NCBI GenBank assembly: GCA_963822495.1
Contig: CAWGHQ010000005.1
Location: forward strand, 47,918-111,917
Direction of reading: 5' to 3'
DNA from: an uncultured Actinomycetota bacterium
GTDB taxonomy: Bacteria > Actinomycetota > Actinomycetes > Propionibacteriales > Nocardioidaceae
DNA length: 64,000 nucleotides
Below the pieces are notes generated by a model. It did not search any database, was not told the DNA's origin, and worked only from the letters and a program-made list of their open reading frames with translations. Every line of letters starts with the position of its first letter. Within the stretch, counting starts at the first letter, position 1. Made by a program: the position numbers and the translations under genes. Below, piece by piece: positions 54,700 through 64,000 of this stretch.

Positions 54700-55724
54700 G
54701 CCTCGAGGCGGCGCCGATCGACCCGCTCTCGGCGACGCAGGTCGGGGTCTACCGCGACGACCTGGTCGAGGTGCGGGCCGTCGGGCCGGCGCGGTCGCGA
54801 CGGGAGCGGCAGACCGTGCGGACGCTCCACTTCGACGTGACCACGATCGGCGACCTGGTCCGCGTCGACCACGTGCTGGTGGCCGGCGAGGTCGACGACG
54901 ACCTGGCGGGCCTGCTGGCCGGCGAGCTCTTCGGGCCGGGCTGGCTGCGTGGCGCCGAGCTCTTCGAGCGGATCTTCACCGGGGTGGTGCTGACCACGGC
55001 CGCGGAGCCCCTCCAGGCCTGGGAGCTGTTCTACCGGGCCACGCTGCGCCGGGTCGAGGACGTGGTCGCGGGGGTGGGGGCAGGGGCTGGTGCCGGCGAT
55101 GACCTCGGCGACACCTCGGGTGACGACGAGCGCCATCTCGGCTCGCGACGAGCGCCATCTCGCGGGTCGGCCGGTGTTGCGCAGGCCGGCCCGGGGGGAG
55201 GCGGGCACGGGACGATCGCGGAGTACGCGCCGGTCTACGCCCACGCCGAGGCGATGCTGCGCGGACGCGACGTGGTCGAGCTCGGGTGCTGCTTCGGGTT
55301 CCTCTCGATCCGGCTCGCACTGGCCGGCTGGCAGGTCACGGCCTCCGACGTCTCGGCCGGCACCGTGGGCCTGCTGGACCGCGTGGCGGTGCGACTGGGG
55401 GCGAGGATGGCGACCGTCGTCGCCGACGCGGCGCGCTACCCCGCGCCGACCGGGTCCGCCGACACCGTGCTCGTGCTCCACCTGCTCGAGCACCTCGACC
55501 CGGACCACGGGGACCGCGTGGTCAGCGAGGCGCTACGGCTGGCCCGCCGTCGGGTGGTCGTGGCCGTGCCGTTCGAGGCCGAGGCCGAGGAGACCTGGGG
55601 TCACGTGCGCACGGTGACCGTCGACGACCTCCACCGGTGGGGCCGGCGGTCGCTCGGCTCGGGCCGTGCGTCGGCCTACGAGGTCCACGAGCACCACGGC
55701 GGCTGGCTGGTCCTCGACCGCTGA
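54696..55724 (+). CDS. mftM: Mycofactocin oligosaccharide methyltransferase MftM-like
   Basis: VDDDLAGLL..ELF, FERIFTGVV, VVELGCCFGFL, HLLEHL, VVVAVPFE, HHGGWLVLD; mdo cluster context. Confidence 0.78.
   Translation: MSLEAAPIDPLSATQVGVYRDDLVEVRAVGPARSRRERQTVRTLHFDVTTIGDLVRVDHVLVAGEVDDDLAGLLAGELFGPGWLRGAELFERIFTGVVLTTAAEPLQAWELFYRATLRRVEDVVAGVGAGAGAGDDLGDTSGDDERHLGSRRAPSRGSAGVAQAGPGGGGHGTIAEYAPVYAHAEAMLRGRDVVELGCCFGFLSIRLALAGWQVTASDVSAGTVGLLDRVAVRLGARMATVVADAARYPAPTGSADTVLVLHLLEHLDPDHGDRVVSEALRLARRRVVVAVPFEAEAEETWGHVRTVTVDDLHRWGRRSLGSGRASAYEVHEHHGGWLVLDR
55106..55166 (-). repeat. 22-bp family repeat units embedded in frame within mftM
   Basis: cgagcgccatctcggctcgcga cgagcgccatctcgcgggtc plus one degenerate upstream unit. 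Confidence 0.75.
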
Positions 55725-55767
55725 GCCGCGCCTCGCGTCAGCGCGAGGGCGTGCCTCGGGGTGCGGC

Positions 55768-56478
55768 TCAGATGAACCCGAGCTTGGAGGCCTCGTAGAC
55801 CGCCTCGGCGCGGCGGGAGACCCCGAGCTTGCGCAGGATGTTGCCGACGTGGAACTTCGCGGTGGTCTCGGAGATGTAGAGCGCCTTGCCGATCTCGCCG
55901 TTCGAGAGGCCCCGAGCCAGCAGGGCGAGCACCTCGGACTCACGGGCCGTGAGGTGCTTGGCCTTCTGCGGGGCCGGCGCGTTGAGCCCGCGCACCATCG
56001 CGGCCGCCGAGCGCGGGTCGAAGGCGCTCTCGCCCCGCGCAACGTCGCGGATGGCCCGGATCAGCCCCGTGGTGTCGACGTCCTTGACGACGTAGCCGGT
56101 GGCGCCGAGGCGGATCGCCTTGAGGATCAGCTGCTCGTCGAGGAAGGTGGTCAGCACCAGCACCCGCACGTCGGGGTGGGCGGCCACGAGCGACGCGCAG
56201 AGCTCGAGGCCCTCGTCGTCGGAGGACGTCGACAGCTTGAGGTCGAGCAGGACGATGTGCGGCGCCGCCCGACCCACGACGACGAGGGCCTCCGCCGCGG
56301 TCGAGGCCTCGGCCACGACCTCGAGGTCGCCCTCGCGCTCCAGGATCGAGCGCAGTCCCTGGCGCACGATCGCGTGGTCGTCGACCATCATGATCCGCAC
56401 CGAGTCCGCGGCGGCGGCCGGCTCGTCCCGCGGGGACGTGCTCGTGGTGCTGGTGCTGGTGTCGTGCGTGGTGGTCAT
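55768..56478 (-). CDS. MadR/MnoR-like NarL/LuxR response regulator
   Basis: MVDDHAIVRQGL, LLDLKL, GYVVKD, LTARESEVLALLARGLSN...TAKFHVGNI. Confidence 0.92.
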   Translation of the reverse strand: MTTTHDTSTSTTSTSPRDEPAAAADSVRIMMVDDHAIVRQGLRSILEREGDLEVVAEASTAAEALVVVGRAAPHIVLLDLKLSTSSDDEGLELCASLVAAHPDVRVLVLTTFLDEQLILKAIRLGATGYVVKDVDTTGLIRAIRDVARGESAFDPRSAAAMVRGLNAPAPQKAKHLTARESEVLALLARGLSNGEIGKALYISETTAKFHVGNILRKLGVSRRAEAVYEASKLGFI

Positions 56479-56512
56479 CGGTCCTCGTCCCTGCTCGCGT
56501 GCGCGTGGTGGT

Positions 56513-57886
56513 TCATGCCCGCTCCATCAGCCCCGAGATGACGCCGGAGGTGGCCGGGACCACCAGCGGCAGGGGGACCCGCAGCTCGAGTCGTACCCCA
56601 CCGAGGCGGGCACGACGGAAGGACAGCCGACCCCCCAGCTCGACCACCCGGGTCTCGATGTTGGCCAGGCCGCGGTGTCGTCCACTGGTGTCGCCACGCT
56701 GCACGCGAAGGACCCGGCTCAGCGTCGTCGGGTCGCCGACGCCGTCGTCGGCCACGGTCACCCGCAGCTCGTCGGGGCGGTAGCGCAGCCGGACGATCGC
56801 GCGCGTCGCCTGGGCGTGGGTGGCGACGTTGAACAGCGCCTCGCCCACCGCGCGGGCGATCTCGTGGTCGGCGTCGGCCGGGAGGGCCAGCACGTCGCCC
56901 TCGACCCGGACCTGGACCGCGACCTGGGGACGGTGGTGCTCGGCGACGTCCTGGAGCAGCTCGGGCAGGGTCGAGACGGTCTCGCGAGAGGCCTGGGTCA
57001 AGGCGTAGATCGCCCGGCGCAGCTGCTCGACGGCCTGCTGGGAGAGCTGTTTGGCGGTCGCGACCGACTCCCGCGCGCTCGCGGCGGGGGCCCCGAGGTC
57101 GGCCAGGTCACCGCGGGCGACCTCGAGCGCCATCCCGGCGGAGAGCACGTACTGGGCCACGCTGTCGTGCAGCTCGCGCGCGATGCGACGCCGCTCGGCG
57201 TCGATCAGCTCTCGCTGGAGGGCCAGGACGAGCCGGTGCTCGAGCTGGCGCAGCTCGCGGGTGCGCTGCTCGAGGTCGCGGGCCTGGGCCTGCGCCTCGT
57301 CGTAGAGCCACTGCGCACGGCGGTGCAGGGCCGCGCCGGCCTGGTACTGCTCGGAGGTGTGCAGCGACACCGCGGCCTGGTTGGCCAGGATCCGCAGCAC
57401 CGACAGGTCGCTGGGGTCGGGGTCGGCGCCGAGCCCGTGGCGCGCGACCAGGCTGCCGATCGGCCGGCCCTCGAGGCTCATCGGCACTCGGACCCAGCCG
57501 GTGTCGTCGCTGCGCCGCGCGTGCCCGGCCCGGATCGCGCCGAGCTCGCGTCGCACCGGCTCCGGCAGCAGGGCCTCGGCGTCGAGGGGCTCCCCGCCGC
57601 GCGCCAGGGCGACGAAGCGGGGCCGGGCCCCGGGCAGCTGCCCGTCGGCGAGTGCGAGCACCACCCACTCCGCGTCCAGGTGCGACCCGACCGCCCGGAC
57701 CACCTCCTCCAACAGGCCACGCGGGCCCTGGACGGTGCGCACCAGCGCGCGGGAGATGGAGTCCATGGCGCGCACGGCCTGCTGGAGGCGTTCGTCGGAG
57801 CGGACGTAGGCGCGGTAGTAGGACCCCTTCCCCGAGCGGACCCCGGTCAGGGTGGCCAGGTCGGGACCCGGCGGCGGCGCGCTCAC
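56513..57886 (-). CDS. MadS/MnoS-like cytoplasmic GAF sensor histidine kinase
   Basis: DLATLTGVRSGKGSYY, ERRRIARELHDSVAQ (HisKA_3), EALFNV..HA, DDGVG, GLANI; no TM segment evident. Confidence 0.9.
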   Translation of the reverse strand: MSAPPPGPDLATLTGVRSGKGSYYRAYVRSDERLQQAVRAMDSISRALVRTVQGPRGLLEEVVRAVGSHLDAEWVVLALADGQLPGARPRFVALARGGEPLDAEALLPEPVRRELGAIRAGHARRSDDTGWVRVPMSLEGRPIGSLVARHGLGADPDPSDLSVLRILANQAAVSLHTSEQYQAGAALHRRAQWLYDEAQAQARDLEQRTRELRQLEHRLVLALQRELIDAERRRIARELHDSVAQYVLSAGMALEVARGDLADLGAPAASARESVATAKQLSQQAVEQLRRAIYALTQASRETVSTLPELLQDVAEHHRPQVAVQVRVEGDVLALPADADHEIARAVGEALFNVATHAQATRAIVRLRYRPDELRVTVADDGVGDPTTLSRVLRVQRGDTSGRHRGLANIETRVVELGGRLSFRRARLGGVRLELRVPLPLVVPATSGVISGLMERA

Positions 57887-59103
57887 AGCGCTGCCCGGAA
57901 GAGGTCCTGGACGTCCTCGGCGCTCGCCGCACGCGGGTTGGTGGCCAGGCAGGCGTCGTCGAGGGTGTTCGCGGCCAGCCGCGGCACGTCCTCCTCGCGG
58001 ACGCCGAGGGAGCGCAGACCGCGCGGCACGCCCACGTCGTCGGCGAGCCGCCGGACGTGCTGGGCGAGCTGCTCGGCGGCCTCCTCCCCCGGCACGCCGA
58101 AGACCGGCAGACCGGCCTGGGCGGCGAGCGCCACGAACCGGCCCGGCGCGGCCTGGGCGTTGAAGCGGATCACGTGGGGCAGCAGCACGCCGTTGACGAC
58201 GCCGTGGGGGGCGTCGAGCAGGCCGCCGACCTGGTGGCTCATCGCGTGGGTGGCGCCGAGGATGGCGTTGGTGAAGGCCAGTCCCGCCTCGAGGCTGCCC
58301 TGGGCCATCTTCGAGCGCGCCAGCTCGTCGAGCGGGTGGGTCATCGTGTCGCGCAGGTGGTGGGTGACCAGCCCGACAGCGTTCAGCGCGTGGAGGTCGG
58401 CCAGCGGGTTGTGCGCGAGGGAGACGTAGGCCTCGACGCCGTGGGTCAGGGCGTCGAGCCCGGTGGCGGCGTTGAGGTCCGCGGGCATGGTCACCAGCAG
58501 CCGGGGGTCGGTGATGGAGATGTCGGGCACCAGGGCCCGGCCCATGATCGTGATCTTCACCGACCGCTCGGTGTCGGTGACGATGCAGAACTGCGAGACG
58601 TCCGCGCCGGTGCCCGAGGTGCTGGGGATCATCACCAGCGGCGGCATCGGCAGCGTCGCCCGGTCGACCCCGGCGTAGTCGAGGATGTCGCCGCCGTTGG
58701 CCTGGAGGATCGCGACGCCCTTGGCGGCATCGATCACCGACCCGCCGCCGATGCCGACGATGACGTCGGCGCCGGACTCCTGGTAGGCAGCGTGGGCGGC
58801 CCGGACCTCGTGGTCCTTGGGGTTGGGGGTGACGGCGTGCCACAGGACCGGGTGGAGCCCGGCGTCGGTGAGGTGGCCCAGCAGCTCCTCGACCCACCCG
58901 GCCTCGATGATGCCGGGGTCGGTGACCACGAAGGGTCGTTGCGCCCCCAGCCGTGCCGCCGCGAACCCGGCCTCGGCCAGCGAGCCGTGGCCGACCACCA
59001 GCTCGGGGGCGTGGAACTTCACCACGCTGTGCGGCATCGCCCCGGGCAGGTCGTCGGCGGACCCGGCCCCGCGCTCGAGCGAGGGTGCCCGCACCGGCTT
59101 CAT
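57883..59103 (-). CDS. Iron-containing alcohol dehydrogenase (ErcA-like)
   Basis: GGGSVIDAAK, PSTSGTGAD, GLDALTH, HAMSHQ, PHG metal ligands; 4-nt overlap with the kinase gene. Confidence 0.9.
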   Translation of the reverse strand: MKPVRAPSLERGAGSADDLPGAMPHSVVKFHAPELVVGHGSLAEAGFAAARLGAQRPFVVTDPGIIEAGWVEELLGHLTDAGLHPVLWHAVTPNPKDHEVRAAHAAYQESGADVIVGIGGGSVIDAAKGVAILQANGGDILDYAGVDRATLPMPPLVMIPSTSGTGADVSQFCIVTDTERSVKITIMGRALVPDISITDPRLLVTMPADLNAATGLDALTHGVEAYVSLAHNPLADLHALNAVGLVTHHLRDTMTHPLDELARSKMAQGSLEAGLAFTNAILGATHAMSHQVGGLLDAPHGVVNGVLLPHVIRFNAQAAPGRFVALAAQAGLPVFGVPGEEAAEQLAQHVRRLADDVGVPRGLRSLGVREEDVPRLAANTLDDACLATNPRAASAEDVQDLFRAAL

Positions 59104-59167
59104 CGGGTCGCTCCGGGACGGCCCACGCCGCGCCCTCCGGCGTACCGGGGGCGGGCGGGGGCCGGGG

Positions 59168-59437
59168 TCAACGACCGGTGGCCGGCGAGATCATCCGTCG
59201 GACAGGACTGATGCGGTCGCACGGGAAGCCGCCCTTGGCAGCGTGCTCCTCGATCTGCTGCGGGTCCTGCGCGTCGTAGACGCAGTAGAGCGTGTCGTCG
59301 CTGACGTAGGACTCGACCCACGAGATGTCCTGCATCCCGGCGAGCACCTCGTTGGACTTCGCGCTGATGTCGTGGAGCTCCTGGTCGCCGAGCGAGCCGG
59401 CTCCTGGCAGGTTGCGCTCGATCACGTAGCGACCCAT
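59168..59437 (-). CDS. DUF4242 domain-containing protein
   Basis: YVIERNLPGAG...SWVESYV...YCVYDA...EHA..GGFP; RBS GGAG. Confidence 0.85.
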   Translation of the reverse strand: MGRYVIERNLPGAGSLGDQELHDISAKSNEVLAGMQDISWVESYVSDDTLYCVYDAQDPQQIEEHAAKGGFPCDRISPVRRMISPATGR

Positions 59438-59607
59438 GTGCGTCTCCCCTCGTCGGGGTCGGCCTCGTCGCCGACCCGACCTCGACGCTACGCAGGTCCG
59501 CGGGCACCGGCCACCGTGCGGCCGAGGGGCCCCACCCCTCCGATCGGGCAGGACCGGTCCTGCCCCGCTCCCCGGTGGGCGGCGGGACGGCCGAGGTCCA
59601 CGGGCGC

Positions 59608-60727
<1,120 letters not shown>

Positions 60728-60735
<8 letters not shown>

Positions 60736-61876
60736 GAGCCATCACCTCGACCAACCTCTCGAACGTCGCCAGCGAGTGGCCGGCGACGAAGTCGTCCACG
60801 TGCGGCAGGACGGCCCGCACCCCCTGCTGGACCGGCTCGTAGCCGGCCTTGCCGCGGTGCGGGTTGACCCAGACCACCCGGTGCGCGACCCGTTGGAGGC
60901 GTCGCACCTGCTCACCGAGCATCGTGCAGTCGCCGCGCTCCCAGCCGTCGCTGAAGATCACCACGACGGCCCCCCGCGCCAGTCCGCGTCGTCCCCAGCG
61001 GTCCACGAAGACGCGCAGGGTCTCGCCCAGGCGGGTGCCGCCGGACCAGTCGGGCACCGCGTCGCCGGCGGCGACGAGGGCACGCTCGGGGTCGCGCAGC
61101 CGCATCGCGCGGCTGAGGTGGGTCAGCCGGGTGCCGACGGTGAAGGTCTCGACCCGTCCTCCGGAGGCCGCGCAGGCCACGGTGGTGCGGTGGGCCAGAC
61201 GCAGCAGGGCGTCGGCGTACCCGCTCATCGACCCCGAGACGTCGACGAGCAGCACGATCCGGCGTGGGCGGGTGGCGCGGCGTCGCCAGGCGATCTCGCC
61301 GGGCTCCCCCATCCGCCGCAGGCTCGAGCGCAGGGTGCGCCGCGCGTCGATCTCGCCGCGGTGCCAGGCCTGGTGGCGCGAGGTGCGCCGCAGCGGCGGC
61401 CGGGGAGTCAGCGTCGCGAACATGGCCGCCAACCGGCTCTTCTCCCCCGCGGTCATCGTGGCGACGTCGCGGTGGCGCAGCACCTCGGCGTCGCTGACGC
61501 GAGCGCGCACCACGTCGTCGTCGTCCTGCTCCTGCCCGCCGCCCGCGGGCAGGTCCGAGAGCGGGAGGGAGGAGACGGTCGTGGTGGTCGCCGGGGGTGC
61601 CTGCCGGGCGCGCGGCAGGCCGGCGCGGTGGTCGAAGTAGGCCTCGAAGACCGCGTCGTAGCGGTCGAGGTCGTCCGGGGACCCGCACAGCGTCGCGCGA
61701 CCCGCGCAGTAGGTCGCCGCGGCGTCGTCGAGACCGACCTCGGCCGTGGCGGCGAGGAACGTCTGCGCCCGGTCCTGGGTCACCCCGACGCCCGCCGCTC
61801 GCAGGGCGGTGGCGAACCCGAGGAGGACCTCGTCGGGGCCGTGCCCGAAGATCCCGAGGCTGGCGGAGACGGTCAT
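60728..61876 (-). CDS. CoxE-like vWA domain protein
   Basis: LVDVSGSM, DWSGGTRLG, IFSDGWERG, WVNPH. Confidence 0.9.
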
Positions 61877-61889
61877 CGCAGCACGTCCC

Positions 61890-62780
61890 TCAGGTCCGCA
61901 GCATCGCGTCGAGCGCGTGCCGGACCTTCTCGGCGTCCTCGCGGTACTTCACCAGGGCACCGAGGGTTGCCGAGGACGTCTCCAGGTCGAGCTCGGTGGC
62001 CCCGAGGTGCTGCAGGGCACGGGCCCAGTCGAGGGTCTCCGCGACGCCGGGGGGCTTCTCGAGGTCGGCACGCTCGCGCAGCCCCTGGACGAGCTGGACG
62101 ACCTGGCGGGCCAGCGCGTGGCCGACCTCGGGCGCCCGGGACCGGACGATCTCGACCTCGCGCTCGAGGCCGGGGTGGTCGATCCAGTGGTAGAGGCACC
62201 GGCGCTTGAGGGCGTCGTGCAGCTCCCGGGTGCGGTTCGAGGTGAGCACGACCAGGGGAGGGACGACCGCGGCGACCGTGCCGAGCTCGGGGATGGAGAC
62301 CTGGTAGGTGGAGAGGACCTCGAGCAGGAAGGCCTCGAACTCGTCGTCGGCCCGGTCGACCTCGTCGACGAGCAGCACCGCCGGGCTCTGCTGGAGCGCG
62401 GCCAGGACCGGACGGGCCAGCAGGAAGCGCTCGTCGTAGAGACTCTTCTCGGCCTCCTCCACGCCGGTGCCGCCCGCGGCCTCCAGGGCGCGCAGGTGCA
62501 GGATCTGGCGCGGGAAGTCCCAGTCGTAGAGCGCCTGCGTGGCGTCGATCCCCTCGTAGCACTGCAGGCGCACCAGGGGCAGGTCGAAGCTCTGCGCGAG
62601 GGCCTCGGCCAGGGCGGTCTTCCCCGTGCCCGGCTCGCCCTCGAGCAGCAGGGGGCGCTGCATCCGCAACGCCAGGAAGGCGACGGTCGCGAGCTGGTCG
62701 TCGGTGAGGTAGCCGGTCGCGGCCAGCCGCTCGGCGATCGCGGACGGCGTCAGCTCCGCGGACGACACCAGTGTCTCCAT
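61890..62780 (-). CDS. CoxD-like AAA+ ATPase
   Basis: LLEGEPGTGKT, LQCYEGID, LVDEVDRADDEFEAFLLE, TSNRTRELHDALKRRC. Confidence 0.92.
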   Translation of the reverse strand: METLVSSAELTPSAIAERLAATGYLTDDQLATVAFLALRMQRPLLLEGEPGTGKTALAEALAQSFDLPLVRLQCYEGIDATQALYDWDFPRQILHLRALEAAGGTGVEEAEKSLYDERFLLARPVLAALQQSPAVLLVDEVDRADDEFEAFLLEVLSTYQVSIPELGTVAAVVPPLVVLTSNRTRELHDALKRRCLYHWIDHPGLEREVEIVRSRAPEVGHALARQVVQLVQGLRERADLEKPPGVAETLDWARALQHLGATELDLETSSATLGALVKYREDAEKVRHALDAMLRT

Positions 62781-63043
62781 GCTCCCAATCTAGGCACGCC
62801 GGTGTTGGCCGGGGGTTGGTCGACGGGCGTGGGCCGTCCCGCTGCCGGAACTGAGCGTCCTATGGAGCGACGCCTGGGTTGGGAGGTGGGTTGGGAGGAG
62901 GGCGCCCCGCCCGCGCCCGACGTCTCGACACCGCACTCCACAAGCGCCCGCAGCGACCGCTCCCCCTCCTGCAGGGCCTTCGGCCGGAGCACGTCGACGG
63001 ACCAGTGACCCGAGGGGGTGGCGGGCCGACCCAGACTGGTGCC

Positions 63044-63421
63044 ATGAGCACTCCCGAGCCGAAGACCTGCGCGTCGTGCGGCCGCACGATCGAGTGGCGC
63101 AAGAAGTGGGAGCGCGACTGGGACCAGGTCCGCTACTGCTCGACGTCCTGCCGCAAGCACGGCGTCAACGCCACCGACCGTGCCTTGGAGCGGAGCATCC
63201 TCGACCTCCTGGAAGAACGCGCCCGCGGCAAGACCATCTGTCCCTCGGACGCGGCCCGCGCGGTCGGCTCGAGCGAGGACGACGCCTGGCGCGAGCTCAT
63301 GGAACCAGCCCGTCGCGCCGCCCGCCGTCTCGTCGCAGCCGGCGAGGTCGAGATCACCCAGGGCGGCCGCGTGGTGGATCCCTCCACCGCCAAGGGCGCG
63401 ATCCGCATCCGCCTCACCTGA
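63044..63421 (+). CDS. DUF2256 + DUF3253 domain protein
   Basis: [45 protein letters not shown]...KGAIRIR. Confidence 0.88.
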   Translation: MSTPEPKTCASCGRTIEWRKKWERDWDQVRYCSTSCRKHGVNATDRALERSILDLLEERARGKTICPSDAARAVGSSEDDAWRELMEPARRAARRLVAAGEVEITQGGRVVDPSTAKGAIRIRLT

Positions 63422-63470
63422 CCCGGCCGCCCTGCCCAGGCGTCCCGAGCACCGCTTCCGAGACATCACC

Positions 63471-63727
63471 CGACTTGTCAGGCAAAGTTCGACGTTGTCG
63501 TGGCTTACGAACCACGACAACCCTGGGAATCCCCGGCCGGCCGGGGATTCCCGGCGCTACCTCGGACCGCCCGGACCTGCCTGGCCGCTCCAAAGCGGAT
63601 CGGGTGACCCAGGACGACGGACGGGGCGCATCGTCGAATCTCCGCGCGACTTGTCAGGCAAAGTTCGAGGTTGTCGTGGCTTACGAACCACGACAACCCT
63701 GGGAATCCCCGGCCGGCCGGGGATTCC
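63471..63727. repeat. Two near-identical 81-bp double-hairpin elements (63471-63551 and 63647-63727)
   Basis: One mismatch between copies. Each has GTTGTCGTGG-N8-CCACGACAAC and the palindrome GGAATCCCCGGCCGGCCGGGGATTCC. Confidence 0.9.
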
Positions 63728-63750
63728 TGGGGTCATTGGGATTCCTGGGG

Positions 63751-64000
63751 TCACTGGGGGTTGGGGCGGTCCTGGTCGCGGCCGGTGGCGAGGTCGCCGC
63801 ACTCCACCAGGACGACGTCGTCGGCGTGGGCGCGCAGGTAGGAGCGGGCGCCGTGGTCGCCGCTCGTGCCGGCCGCCACCGCGGGCCAGTGCTCGCGGCC
63901 CAGGACGACGGGGTGGCCGGGCTCACCGGCGTAGGACGCGCGAGCCAGCGTGCCGGGTCCGGCCGGCAGCAGGCGGGCGACCACGGCCGGTACCAGGTCG
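63751..64000 (-). CDS. MocA-like molybdenum cofactor cytidylyltransferase (nucleotidyltransferase), C-terminal part only
   Basis: D...VVARLL...GHPVVLGREHW...GDHGARSYL...VECGDLATGRD; Cox/XdhC neighbourhood. Confidence 0.75.
   Translation of the reverse strand, partial: DLVPAVVARLLPAGPGTLARASYAGEPGHPVVLGREHWPAVAAGTSGDHGARSYLRAHADDVVLVECGDLATGRDQDRPNPQ

Noticed and set aside
63471-63727. 81-bp repeat-spacer-repeat as a mini-CRISPR or attC cassette array
   Set aside because: Repeat and spacer are too long for CRISPR, there are only two copies, and no cas or integrase gene is in the window.

Overview
High-GC actinobacterial chromosome window; gene content and style suggest Nocardioides/Marmoricola (inference). 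From the left it carries: a DUF4350-MoxR-DUF58 cluster with SpoIIM-like and RDD genes; trmB; the str operon (rpsL-rpsG-fusA-tuf); a conserved core block (MarR-MFS, NCS2 permease, DUF2530, DUF3027, cold-shock protein, HAD, S8 peptidase, acyl-CoA synthetase, lepB, PP2C, XPB helicase plus partner, serA, cutC, GntR); a LexA-boxed AlkB-like gene; gndA; and an aldo-keto reductase. The last ~21 kb is the most interesting part. A form II Cox-like molybdo-flavoprotein locus (mocA-like, coxD, coxE, xdhC ... GAF regulator, coxS-L-M-G) brackets a mycofactocin-linked alcohol-oxidation island (mftF, mdo, madB, madC, mftM, madR, madS, Fe-ADH, DUF4242). Shared candidate operators suggest a co-regulated alcohol -> aldehyde -> acid pathway. 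Eight arrays of one 22-bp repeat family occur in the window; five begin right after a TGA stop codon and one lies in frame inside mftM. Several genes have single-base frameshifts that may be sequencing errors. I found no rRNA, tRNA, CRISPR array or transposase. All calls come from motif recognition by eye, without database searches.
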